A program made the position numbers and the translations under genes. The notes below the pieces were generated by a model. The model searched no databases and was not told where the DNA came from. It worked only from the letters and a program-made list of their open reading frames with translations. Below, one piece after another: positions 34,547 through 46,815 of a stretch of DNA of 64,000 nucleotides; position 1 is the stretch's first letter, and each line of letters starts with the position of its first letter. The stretch covers positions 2,495,700-2,559,699 of the forward strand of contig CAJFCJ010000019.1 in the NCBI GenBank assembly GCA_904063045.1. Reading direction: 5' to 3'. The DNA comes from Dimorphilus gyrociliatus (Eukaryota > Animalia > Annelida).

Positions 34547-37500
34547 CATCTATATACCTATCTATATATATTTTGTTAATTATTTTGGATATCTAACCAA
34601 TCACGCTTTGAAGCCCTAAAACTTTTTGCGTTGTTCCTAAGACTTAAACTTTTTCATTTATATAGAGTGAAGCTGATATCAGACTGCCCCGACCACTTAG
34701 TGATAACATTCGACGTATATCAACCCTTATTAGTGCTCCTAAAGGATTCGATAAAGATATTGACGAAGTTTTCAGCGATAGACCTCACAGGAAGAGGAAA
34801 ACAGGGCAGGATAACCTCACGCCCTTCTCCGCTAGTCAAAGATCTGCAGATTCAGTTTTTGATAGCACACAAGGTACCACACCGGCCACAAATTCACCTG
34901 ATTCAGATTTTGAATGTCGTATGGCTGACCTAGAAGAGGAACTCATGGACGTTAAACAAGCTCATAAAGAAGCTCTTGAACGAGAAAATTCATACAAGTT
35001 AACTTTACAAAGGCGAGACGCTGTTATTTTGGAGCAAGATGAAAAGATTGGAAAACTGCAAGAACAAGTTATAAAACTGGAGCAAAGAAATAGAACACCA
35101 ACGAATAAGAATGAAGAAATGAGAATTTTACGAAACCAGAACAATTTCCTAAACGCAGAGATAAAGAGATTGACGAGATTAAGAGTTAACGAAAGAGAAG
35201 CATCAGGCAGCAAAGATAGTCGTCTTTACGAATTAGAAAACGAGATTGAACAATGGAAGCGTGACTATGTACTTCTCTTGCAAAGCTGCATTACAGTACC
35301 GACTGGTGACATTAGCGACGGAGTCTCAGTCAATTTATATGGTGGTGATCTTCACAAAAACAGAGTAAAGCAATTACTTGCTGAAGCTCGTTCCCACAAT
35401 CCAAGCCTGCCGACTTTTGATAAGATGGCCTCAGCTGCCCTTCACGTTGATGGTTATGGATTTAAACACTCTCATTCGAATGAAGGTCTCCTTCTCCACT
35501 ACATCTGCACTCAACTACATCAGTTCTATTCAGCAACTGACCTTGAAGTGATGCACAGTGATTGGAAAGAGGTAATTGCTTCCGGTCCGGAAGCCTTGCG
35601 TCAAGGTACCTTCATCCTCAAACGTCTTGTTCGAAGTGGAGTACCGGCAGTTATGAGACCAGCCGTTTGGAAAGCTTTAATTAGATCCAAGGTAAGCAAT
35701 GAATTGGAGGAAAAAGGTCTACATTATTACGATAATCTCGTTTCGATATCTCGCGAAAACGAACAAGTTGCGAAACATCGAAAACAAATTGCTCTGGATC
35801 TTCTACGAACTATGCCTTCTAATGTTCACTTTGATTCACCCAATACTGACGGAATAGCCAAGTTACATGATGTCCTTATGGCCTTTTGTTTACACCGACC
35901 TGAAACTGGTTATTGCCAAGGAATGAATTTTATCGCGGCAACAGCTCTTCTCCTACTTGATCCACACGATGCCTTCTGGACCTTGGTTGCAATTACTGAA
36001 AAATGCTTTAGTGAAGATTACTTTGATTCTTCGCTCACTGGAGCTCAGGTTGATCAAGAGGTTTTAAAAGAGTTAATAGCTGAAAAATTGCCTCATCTAC
36101 ATAATCATCTTCGACGTCTCGACATCGACCTAACAACTATAACTCTTAATTGGTTCTTAGCCGTATTTATCGATGCTGTACCATTTGAATGTCAATTAAG
36201 AATTTGGGATTGCTTTCTTTGCGAAGGCCCAAAAGTTCTCTTTCGGTTCGCTGTTGCCCTTTTGAGTATGCATGGCGACGGCCTTTTGCAACGACAAGAT
36301 ACTATAAGCGTTATGAGATACTTAAAAGCTGTCGCAAAGTTAACATACGACGTTGATGGTCTCTTGCATACAGCCTTTAATAAATTGGCTCCTTTTCCAA
36401 GAAGAGCAGATATTACTGATAGGCAAAAGAGGCAAAGTAAGAAGCTAAAGGCTGAAATGCAAAGAGCTAGAGCTCAATGTGAGAAAGTCCTAAGAGTAGA
36501 GAGCTTTGAAGGAAAGGCATTGCCTCTAATATCTTGTCCCATCGACAATAAACAAGTTCTTATCTGTTTCGTAAAGGAAGATACGAGTATACTATACAGA
36601 GCTGATATTTCACTTTTGTTACTTCATCGACTCGATATCAAGATCGATGGTCGGGTGACATGCGCTTTATCGATTCAGACTGGTTGTATTGTATTGGCAA
36701 CAGTCTCTAAAAGATTTTATAAACTACATATTGATGGAGAAGATTGTAAAATAGTATGGAGCTGCAACCTACATGCAGTGATGCTTTGCATGGCAGTTCA
36801 CCTAGAAGATGATGACTGTTGTCGCCTGTTTACTGGAATGGCTGATGGTACTGTAGGGGTGATGGATAGATTAAACGAATCGGATGATGACTGTCTTTAT
36901 GTACCGATTTCAAGATGTGCTGTTTCAGCATTATGTGTGGCATCGGATCACTTATGGGTGGCATGCGGAGCAACAATACATATAGTACATTTAGAAACAC
37001 TGGATCCAATCGATAAAATAACGGTGGCATCTGATCTCCTCGACCAAGTTCTGTCCATGAGCTCGACACCTGCGGGTGTTTGGATGGTCGTTAGAGGTTC
37101 CAGCTTAATACAATTGTGGTCACCAACCAATTACACCTGCCTACTACAGTATGAAACTAGAGAAGGTAGTAATAGACTGGAAGAAGATGAAACTGCTTTA
37201 AATCCTACAAGAATAACAAGTATGTTGACGGGTCGTAATGGAATATGGCTTGGAACCGCTAATGGTCAAGTAATGGCCTTGGATTTAATATCTTCAGTCA
37301 TATTAACTCCTCCCATTAATAATGATTCGACTAGTTTGGATTTGGGTAGTGCTTCAGTGTCTCATCTATTGGAAATTCCTGCAGGCGATTTTCGTTCATC
37401 AACTTCTTCTTTAGCATCGACAACGTCGTTGAAAGACGTTACCTATGATCTCAAATTGATTTTTAGGTCCAAAGTTTCGGATAATGTCGTACGATGTATA

Positions 37501-37722
37501 GTTGCCCTATCTTCACCTTCGGATATAAAGGTAGTTACAGCGGCGGGCGACGTTGAAACAGATAAGAATGCTGTTTTTGTATGGGGTCGTAAATCGAACG
37601 AGGAGGATGATTGGTTACGAGAGAGTGTACAGCTAGCAAGTAAAGTTCCCGACATTAACTTCAGGTCACCATGTCTTCAAGTCCAATGCAACGATAAGGA
37701 ATCAAGCAATATGATACAGTAA
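33188..37722 (+). CDS. TBC1D2: TBC1 domain family member 2/2B-like Rab-GAP: PH + coiled coil + TBC + C-terminal WD40-like region. Exons about 33188-33239, 33602-33782, 33884-34073, 34666-37722
   Basis: PH domain (LAGYLTYK..RRQWFILDE); EIEQWKRDYVLLLQSC; TBC motifs LVRSGVP, IALDLLRT (R finger), GYCQGMNF (Q finger), WFLAVF, RIWDCFLCEGPKVLFR. Confidence 0.9.
34478..34566. repeat. (TCTA)n tetranucleotide microsatellite
   Basis: Directly visible imperfect TCTA array in a TBC1D2 intron. Confidence 0.9.
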
Positions 37723-38003
37723 TTTACGTAACAGATATAACATAAATAAGCATATACATATATATATATATATATACATAAATGATATATATGTAATATA
37801 TGTCTATTTATTTATCTATCTGCTTTGAGTCCTACACTGATTTCTAAATGTTTTCCCTGCATTTACGTATTTGAAAATTATTGCATTTACTATATTTTAG
37901 CTCATTTCTTCTTCATAGTTCAACTTTGTGCCATTCTTTTATGCAAAGAACAAAATATAAATAATTTTATCCTAATTTTTTATTTTATTTAATGAAAAAC
38001 ATT

Positions 38004-38525
38004 TTAAGCTTGAAGCTTCGACTTAGCATTAAAAGCCAAATACCAAACAACAATACCTAATAAGGCAACAACAAATTCAGTTTGTACGATAAAAGATCTG
38101 GATGCTCCAGAGTGGGAAATTTTCACTTCGAACAAACTTGCAATTCCTGAAGTATCTTCATTTAATCGTTGAGCCTTTCTTAGTTCGCCGAATCCATCAT
38201 CATCGAAAATTCGTACGCTGTACTGTCCAGAGGGGAGCTTCTTATGTTCGTCGCTAAAGCTTACTTGATATTTGCCTCTTGAGCCTTCTACTCTTGTTGC
38301 CGGTACGGAAAAACCATTTAGATCGGCATATAAGTTGAGGTTTTCAACGTTATTCTTGCAAGTTAGCCCAAACTCAACTACAAAGACGGTTTGTGAAGAC
38401 AAAATACTCTCTGACGTGCTGTATACTTTTGACTGGACTTTTGGTGATAAACATTTATCACCCCATGCCAAAGAAGCAGAGAAAAAGAGAAAAACAGCTA
38501 AATTTAACAACGATTTACCAACCAT
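38004..38525 (-). CDS. SSR4: Translocon-associated protein subunit delta, intronless, 173 aa
   Basis: Signal peptide from the ATG at 38525; CLSPKV, FVVEFGLTCKN, YQVSFS, YSVRIFDDDG..LRKAQR, C-terminal TM and AKSKLQA. Confidence 0.95.
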   Translation of the reverse strand: MVGKSLLNLAVFLFFSASLAWGDKCLSPKVQSKVYSTSESILSSQTVFVVEFGLTCKNNVENLNLYADLNGFSVPATRVEGSRGKYQVSFSDEHKKLPSGQYSVRIFDDDGFGELRKAQRLNEDTSGIASLFEVKISHSGASRSFIVQTEFVVALLGIVVWYLAFNAKSKLQA

Positions 38526-38857
38526 TCTATCAACCGGAAGTGACACGTGTGGAATTGTGGAAGTTTTGGTAGCCTTGACATTTAGGTAACAGTTTGCAAA
38601 TCGTAAATGATACAATTTTACGACAAATATCCAACTTGAACTTGAATCTCGAAAACATACAGAACCAGTTTTCGATAAATTAATTGTTACATCCAAAAAA
38701 TGCTGTTTTCATTTTATTTTTACGACCGAATTATATAACAAGCAATTTATTATAATATTTGGAAGCATTTAAAACTTTCGATACTCTGTCAAGCTTTTTT
38801 AGAATCGAGAAAATCAAGAACCGGTACGTTGTCCTTGAAAGGTCTGTAACGAACATT

Positions 38858-40735
38858 ATGAAAAAGTCAGTTCGAATTTTGCTGGTTGGAGATAGAGGGG
38901 TTGGAAAAACGTCTTTAATTTTAACCCTTCTTTCGGATGTTTTCCCTGAGCAAGATATTCCGCTAAGATCGGCAGAAGTAACTATTCCCGGTGATGTAAA
39001 TCCTTTAGGTGTTCCTACTCACATCGTTGATTATAACGCCGAAGAACAAGATGAAAACTGTTTGTTCGAAGAACTTATTGCCGCTGATGTTGTGTGCATT
39101 GTCTACGACGTAATGGATTTGAATACTGTGCGAAATATATCGGATTATTGGATGCCTACAGTCCGTCAAGCAGTTCAAGAAGAAAGAAACCACGAATCAG
39201 ATGATTATTCTTTAAGAAGACCGATTGTTCTTGTCGGAAACAAAGCTGACGATTTGATCGAATCAAACGTCGAAACTATGTCAGACATTATGAATACATG
39301 GTCAGAAATTGAGAGCTGCATAGAATGTTCGGCTAGAGCTATGAAGAATATTACGGAGGTTTTCTATTATGCTCAGAAAGCGGTATTGCATCCAACAGCC
39401 CCCCTTTATATTCCAGAAAGGAGGTGTTTATCGGATAGAGCAAAGCAAGCTCTCTCTAGAATTTTTCGTATCTGCGATGAAGATAATGATGGTCTTTTAA
39501 TGCACTCAGATTTAAATCTTTTCCAAAAACGATGTTTTGGAGTCCCCCTTCCTAATAGATCCCTTAATGATGTGCTCTCAATAGTTAAAAGGCACATAAA
39601 TGATGGTGTAATTGGTAACGGTTTAACTTTAGCTGGTTTTTTATTCCTGCATAGTCTCTTTATACAAAGAGGTAGACATGAAACAACATGGACTGTTTTA
39701 AGAAAATTTGGCTACGATGATCAGGTGGAAATTAATAAAGAATACACCCATCCTTCTCTTCCAGCCACTCGTTCAAAAGCAGAATTAACTGCCACCGCAG
39801 TACATTTTCTACTCGAGTTAGTAAACAAGTATGATGCAGATGGAGATGGATGTCTTTCACCAACAGAGTTGCATGCTTTCACTTCCACTACGTGCAATCT
39901 TCCTCCTCCGTGGAATTCAGAAGTGGCTGTTGATATGAATGCTCAAGGGTGGATTTCGACTAGAGGTATTTTAGCTCATGTAGCTTTAGCTTTAAGAGAA
40001 GATGCAACTCGTACTCTAGAATGGCTAGCCTATATGGGATTCCCTTACTTAGAGGACAGCTGCTTATTAGATGCTGTTCATTGGCCCTCCACTAAAAGAA
40101 CAACTTTTGTTTGCGATGTGGCCGGACCTCGGGGAGTAGGAAAAACCTGTTTCATTCAAGCGTTACTTGGTCGAACCTTAAACTATACCATTGCTTCTAA
40201 TATACCGGCTCAGAAAAAACCGTCTGTAGCAATCACAAGCGTCAATGTCTCCGGAACGAACGATAACATCTGGTTAATACTTAAGGAAGTCGGAGAAGAA
40301 CGACCAACCGCACAAAAGGCTGATGCAGTCGCAATACTTTACGACGTAACAAATGCTCGCTCATTTGAACAATGTGCTCGTTTGTATGATGACTACGCAA
40401 GTGTAGGAGTTCCAACATTAATTATCGCTGCAAAATCCGATCAAAACCATGTACTCCAAGATAGTGCACAACAACCCCTAGATTTTTGTGTTAGCAGACG
40501 CCTTCCTCCACCAGCTCCCTTCACATGCGTCCAAACAATTACTTCGCATACATACAATAAAGTAGCTGCAGTGTGCGTTGGATGCCTAACCGAAATTTCC
40601 ACGTCTCCGCCTCCAGGAAACGCAGCCGCTCTTTTAACCGGAGTTGCTGTGGGAGTAAGCGCTGCGGCAATCATTGGTTTAGTGCTTCATAAAGTTTGGC
40701 AAAGTCCTAAGCCAAGAACGCTCGCTAGGTTTTAA
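38858..40735 (+). CDS. RHOT1: Mitochondrial Rho GTPase (Miro), intronless, 625 aa
   Basis: VRILLVGDRGVGKTSLI, VLVGNK, ECSAR, FYYAQKAVLHPT, two EF hands, RGRHETTWTVLRKFGY, second P-loop GPRGVGKT, C-terminal TM anchor. Confidence 0.95.
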   Translation: MKKSVRILLVGDRGVGKTSLILTLLSDVFPEQDIPLRSAEVTIPGDVNPLGVPTHIVDYNAEEQDENCLFEELIAADVVCIVYDVMDLNTVRNISDYWMPTVRQAVQEERNHESDDYSLRRPIVLVGNKADDLIESNVETMSDIMNTWSEIESCIECSARAMKNITEVFYYAQKAVLHPTAPLYIPERRCLSDRAKQALSRIFRICDEDNDGLLMHSDLNLFQKRCFGVPLPNRSLNDVLSIVKRHINDGVIGNGLTLAGFLFLHSLFIQRGRHETTWTVLRKFGYDDQVEINKEYTHPSLPATRSKAELTATAVHFLLELVNKYDADGDGCLSPTELHAFTSTTCNLPPPWNSEVAVDMNAQGWISTRGILAHVALALREDATRTLEWLAYMGFPYLEDSCLLDAVHWPSTKRTTFVCDVAGPRGVGKTCFIQALLGRTLNYTIASNIPAQKKPSVAITSVNVSGTNDNIWLILKEVGEERPTAQKADAVAILYDVTNARSFEQCARLYDDYASVGVPTLIIAAKSDQNHVLQDSAQQPLDFCVSRRLPPPAPFTCVQTITSHTYNKVAAVCVGCLTEISTSPPPGNAAALLTGVAVGVSAAAIIGLVLHKVWQSPKPRTLARF

Positions 40736-40954
40736 CTGCTTCATTTTCCCTTGTTCGTAGTCCTACTATTCAGTACATATTAAATACAACGTCAATAAAA
40801 GAAAACAGTATTGTGAAGTATGAAATTTACCTTAGAAGTAACACGAATTTTTGCCCCATGTTGCATATTTCGTTTATAAATATTTTGTCGATTCGTTACG
40901 TTAATACCTTTTATCTTTTTCTAAACAATATCAAATATTGTTTTATTCAATAAA

Positions 40955-41676
40955 ATGACTACTATTCTTCATTCAGGAATATTAGAGAAGAAGCGGTGGC
41001 TCGGTATATGGAAGAAATTCCATTGTCAATTAAACGAGAGTTCTTTAATTATGTACTCCTTAGGAAAGACAACGAAGAAGTGTTGCGAAATATTCATCAG
41101 CAATATTCAAAGCGTTCGTCAAGATATAGTTAATATTAAGCAAATAGAGATTATTGTAAATGATAAAAGAAATTGCGTACTTCGCAGTGAATCGATAGAA
41201 AATTCCGAGATATGGGTTAGAGAGATTAGGAAAGCGATATTAAGTCAAAATCAAAGAAGTATTGATATGTTAGCGAATCCGCAAGTTTGCGTTTCTCCCG
41301 TTGTTGAACAAGACGATAGCGATGATTATATTCCAAACGAAGAGTGTTCGAAACAAAATAACAACAACAACAACAACTTAGAAACAAATTCTGGTTCAGA
41401 TTATGCAAACGATTCGTCTATTATACTGATACTCCCTCATACGATAGCTTATCGATCTAGGAAGATAAACGAATTAAAAAGGTATTATTTACTAGTTGAA
41501 ACAATGTTGTTACATTGTTAAACAAACTAATATCAAATTATATTTATATATATATATATATATATATATCTATATATAGATGGCTTTCGTTAAGTTCTTC
41601 CACTCAAACTATTCCCGATTTGAAAGCAACAAAGAATGGAATGAAAAAATTAAAAGACTACCTTGAAAATTATTAG
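40955..41676 (+). CDS. Small PH-domain protein; 2 exons (40955-41481, 41580-41676)
   Basis: HSGILEKKRWLGIWKKFHCQL...EIWVREIRKAI PH pattern; a phase-2 GT-AG intron continues the frame to TAG. Confidence 0.7.
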
Positions 41677-41770
41677 TACTATAATTTGACCTAATTTTTT
41701 AAAAATCGTTTTAAAGTGAACAAACTTTTGATTTTAAATATAAAAATTTTAATCCTATTTTCCCGCCTTT

Positions 41771-41791
41771 ATCTCCTTAGCAACGTAAACA
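41771..41791 (+). promoter_or_regulatory. X-box (RFX) abutting a forkhead site upstream of KIF19
   Basis: ATCTCCTTAGCAAC fits RYYNYY-WW-RRNRAC and is followed directly by GTAAACA; about 490 bp upstream of the ATG. Confidence 0.55.
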
Positions 41792-42275
41792 TTCGAGTCC
41801 TTTAACCGCTTTATCGTCCCGCTAGACTGCTAAGTCTAGATAGAAGCAGTACCACTAAAGGTCAAGTATTTCTTAAGAAAGAGGAAGAAAATAGCATTAA
41901 TGACTATCTGAAGTAAATTGTAAATCGTTCTGAATATAGATAACTCTGAAACACCGTTAGTTACTGTTTGGAAAATCTAAATTTTCGAGAACTACTTTTA
42001 AAATGGCGTAAGGTTTGGCCGCGGGAAGTGGTGAATAATTGATTAACAAAGTTGTATCATTCATCGATGCTCCAATAAAACGATTATCAGACGCATGAAA
42101 TTTAATTATTACATTGGATCTTAATCATTGTATTATTATTGTTGGTGATATTTTTTGTTGAAAAATAATAACCTTTCACAGCTCTGATACGATGAGCGTT
42201 CGCAGCAGTGTTGAAGTGTTGTCGATCGATTAATTAATTTGTTTTTTGCTGATATTGAATATATAACGTTATAGA

Positions 42276-45200
42276 ATGGCAACCAAACTTAGTGAAAGCG
42301 ATGCGATTCGAATTCAGGACCAGAATCTTGTAGTAAGTTTTTAAATTAAACTTTTTTAACTATTTGAAAATTAATATAAGAGAAATGAAAGCAGTCCTAT
42401 TTCTATATATATATATATATATATATAGGTATACAAAATAAATGAATTTAATATTTGCTTAAAAGCGTAAAGAAGGAGAGAAAATTTTGTTGTCGAATGT
42501 TGATCTTCGCTTAACTAAATATTTGTTGAAAGAAATTTTTCGTCAAGTACAAATCGCACATCAGTCAATCTTTAAGTTGATAATTTGTTTAAATACAGTT
42601 AAAAGTTTGTGTTGTATCACGTGACGTCATAAACTTGTAGCCAATAAGCTCAATAATCACAACACTCATTCAATGAAAGATTGCGGATATAAGCGGGTCG
42701 TTCAAAATATTATTATGAATAATAATAAATTCGATTTAATGGAAGTTATATAAAGCTGGTATGAGATTAGAGAAGAATAGCGTATTGGTAAAAAAATAAA
42801 GAGATACTCCTCTTGTTTTCATACTCAAATAAAAGAACTAACTGCTATATAATCTATAATTCATATAATGCGTTCGAAATTTTCCCTACTAATTGTTAAT
42901 TATCTTCTTCAGGTAGCCTTAAGAATTCGGCCGATAAGTGAGGAAGAAATTTGTGTTGGAGCAACTCCAATAGCTCATTGCGTTGACAAAAACGTAAGTA
43001 ATAAATCACATTCTCCTATTTTTTTCTTTTCTATACCTGTAGACTTTTTGTTGAATTAACGAATGGAACATGTTTATAATGGTGAAAAAGAGTTATTGAC
43101 TGGAAAAAGTTATGCAATATAGGTGTGAACTATAAATTAATACTAGGTATCTTTCTGTAATTGTATATATAGCATATATGCTATCTAAAAAATATAGGCA
43201 AATATACATTAGCTTTACTCTATCTAATCCTTGACAGATGCCATATTCTGTATTATTCGATTTTTCTATTTAAGATTACTGAAGCGATTTAGTATCGCAC
43301 ACGACTATTCCATCATTTTTAATATATGTTACCTTCAGGGATGAAGAAACCTTCTTTCAACTGTTTATTATCTATGTTTTTCCTTCCCCTGCCCTCTCTC
43401 TCTCTCTCTCTCTCTCCTTTCTTGTTTCTAAAGACATATGCGTGCAAATTATTGTTGCGTTTAATTATGTATTTATTGAGCTTTAAAAAGCTCTTTTGTT
43501 ACGATAATCGACAAATTTGCATAGGGCTTCGAATCATATTCGGATGCTAAACTATTAAAAACCATTATCAATACAGATGGTCGTTCTTATGGATCCTTTG
43601 GAAGATCCTGACGATATTCTTCGAGCTAATAGGTCACGAGAGAAGCAATATGTTTTTGATTTGGGCTTTGATGGAAACGCTACACAGGAAGAAGTGTATG
43701 TTAGCACCTGCAGATTATTAATTCCAAATGTGATTAAAGGCTTTAATGCATCGGTTTTTGCTTACGGCGCCACAGGTAAGGAGAATAAAACTCTTTAATC
43801 CTAATTTTTTTACAATTATTATGTATTAAAGGCGCCGGTAAGACCCACACAATGCTTGGCACTGATCGAGAGCCTGGAATAATGGCCAGAGCACTAAACG
43901 ACTTGTTCCTAGAAATGGATAGAACAAAAGAGGATATGTCCTACAAGGTGACCATGTCGTATCTTGAGATTTATAACGAAATGATTCGAGATCTCTTAAA
44001 TCCGGGAAGCGGTTTCTTGGAGTTACGAGAAGACGCAAAAGGCGTTCAAGTAGCAGGGTTATCGGAAGTATCCGCACGCTCAACGAGAGAGGTCATGGAT
44101 ATGCTCATGAAAGGCAATAAAGAAAGAACCCAGGAACCAACCGCAGCAAATAAAACATCATCCAGATCCCATGCAGTTCTTCAGGTTACAGTTAGGCAAA
44201 GAGACAGGGTTAGAGACATTCTACAGGAGGTTCGCGTCGGCAAACTCTTTCTTATCGATTTAGCCGGTTCGGAAAGAGCCGCAAATACTCAAAATACTGG
44301 TAAAAGAATGATAGAAGGTGCTCATATAAATAGATCTTTATTGGCTTTGGGAAACGTAATTAACACGTTAAGTAAGTTGCAATTATAATTTAATTGAAAT
44401 TTAAAAAAAGAAACACTCATTTTTTCATTTTCTTAACAAATCTCTTTTTTATTCTTTTCTCCTACTTTCTTTTAACTACAGGCGACAAGAATAGTTCGAG
44501 ATACGTCAATTATAGAGATAGCAAATTGACTCGCCTCCTCAAAGATTCGCTTGGTGGCAATTGTAAAACGGTAATGATAGCTCATATAAGTCCTGCAAGT
44601 GTACATTTTGAAGAATCTAGAAATACCTTGGCCTACGCTGATAGGGCTAAACACATTAAGACAAAGGTGAAAAAAACAGTAATGGAAGTGTCTCATCATA
44701 TAGCGCAGTATAATAATATTATAACTGAGCTGAGAGAAGAAGTTGAACGATTGCGTGAGAAGCTCGATCAGCAAGGTGCAGTTAAACGAAATAGTTCCGC
44801 CCTAAAGGCTATTAAAAGTAAAAAGGTGATTAACTAGTGGCTTTTTAGCTTTAACGAAACTCATTTCAGGTGAAGTTATGCAACCCCAAGAAGAAGCCGA
44901 ACTGGAGAGAATGAAGGAGAAATTAGTTAATAATTTCCGTGAACAAATGGACTTGAGGAGACAACTAATGGATCTCAATAACTCTGCTATGGAAATTCAC
45001 CTAGAAACAGTTCGAAATCAGTTGATAGTCGATGAGTAAGAAAACTGCTATATATATATAGTATTCGTATATTAATTACTTGCTAATTATCCATGCGTAT
45101 TGTATAGGCACGAAAGGCAAAAAACTTATAGGGCTAGTAAGAGGGCAGCTGAAATGGATGATGAAAGCATTAAAGATGCCGACGTTGAAAAGGACATGAT

Positions 45201-46623
45201 TGAAAGTGAAGAAGTTAAAATAGCTCGAAATGAATTAGTCACTTTAGATGCTGATAAAGTCAAAGTAGAGAGGGATAGGCAAACGTTAGAAAAATATCTA
45301 AAAACTGCAAGAGGTAAAACGTCTAGTTTACTTCCGACATCCTCCTCCCCGTCTCCGCAACACCGTGAAGTTTTAGCTCTTATGTGCAGGGTTCACGAAC
45401 TAGAAATAGAGCAACTTGAAACTCAATCAGCATGTATTCTAGCTGAATTTGAAATACGAAGAAGAGATTTAGGCCTTCAGAAATATGAACAATATAGATC
45501 GATAGCTGATCTCCTTATTAGACAACAAAGAGATTTATTAACCAAAAATAATATTGAAATTCCACGATACCTTGACGATTTATATGAAAATTATACAACG
45601 TATGCCGAGACTAGCCTCGTACCCGAACTACCTCGCATTTCCGGACAGAGGCCTCCAGTGGTAAATAATAATTTTAAATCTGGTGTTGATTCTTTAACCG
45701 ACATTGAAAAACATTCAAGTCGCGATGATAATAATTTACCATCAATCACGGAACAGGGCGTTTCTCGTCGGCGACTTTATAGAACGAAATCTATGCTGAC
45801 TTTACCGAAACCTGGTGAAGAAAATGAGGAAAAGGTTTTCAGCCACTCTCCGAAAACTCGTCATATCAAAGAAGCACAGCTGCGTTCACTTCACGGTACT
45901 AATGCTGCAAAATCGACCCCAGCAATTAATCGTGCAGTAGCACATAATCAACAAGTTGAGAAAGTTATAGTGCTTAGTAGAAGTAATACTAGTACGCCTA
46001 CAGCTATTGCTAAAGAACAAGCGTTTAAAGACAAGCAATTAATATCTTTAAATACGCGTTCAATAGCTGCCAGAGCGGCAAGAAAGAAAACGAGAAATTT
46101 AGAACCAATTAACGACCAGTATCTTTCGCCCTCCCGTCTGGCAAAACACGATAGAACATACCCACCCCAGCCACTTCCTTCACATGGGGACGATACCTCA
46201 TTAGGAAGAGGCCGGAATGGCAGGACAAGGCGTGGGGGATATCCACCGGTAATTATTAAACCATATTAGTCTATCAATCCTTAATTACTGTGGTACATGG
46301 AAAATTTATTTAATCTTTTCTTTATTTAGTTTATTAGGCACACAAATAGAAAACTAAACGAATCGACCATACCAAAGAAAGTCAAAGTTGCAAGACCTGG
46401 CGATAGAAGACGTCCAAAAAATCATATACACGAAGATGAATTAGATTCATTAACTCCTATGCAAAATATGGAAAAGAAGCGATTCACTCATAAAGTTGCT
46501 TCAAGCGACGCTTCAACGGTAAGCACACCTCAGACCAACAACAGTCGGTTGAGAAAGAATAATGGTACAATACCAAATTATGGAAAAGGTGATATATCTG
46601 TTGCTGGTCATGGAATTCGCTGA
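42276..46623 (+). CDS. KIF19: Kinesin-8 family member KIF19 (multi-exon)
   Basis: QDQNLV|[72 protein letters not shown]. Last exon 46330-46623. Confidence 0.95.
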
Positions 46624-46743
46624 TTTTTACTTTTAATTGTATTCTCTTTTAATATTTATTAAACTGGCTTCCAATGTCTATGTTATAAATATTCGTCCAA
46701 TTTGTCCTCTTTTTGTTTTGGTAAAATAAATTATTGCTTTGCT

Positions 46744-46757
46744 GTAACCTTGGCAAC
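46744..46757 (+). promoter_or_regulatory. Canonical X-box GTAACCTTGGCAAC
   Basis: Matches GTNRCC-N2-RGYAAC; 59 bp upstream of the Ly6-like ATG. Confidence 0.65.
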
Positions 46758-46815
46758 CTGAGGATCAATAGTAGTGTAAATAATTTGAGCGGCGTCCATT
46801 TTATCCTATATCTCG

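Noticed and set aside
38526-38857. N-terminal extensions of SSR4 and Miro shown in the ORF track
   Set aside because: Miro's extension starts at a non-ATG codon, and homology and the SSR4 signal peptide begin at the ATGs at 38525 and 38858. This interval is the shared promoter and UTRs.
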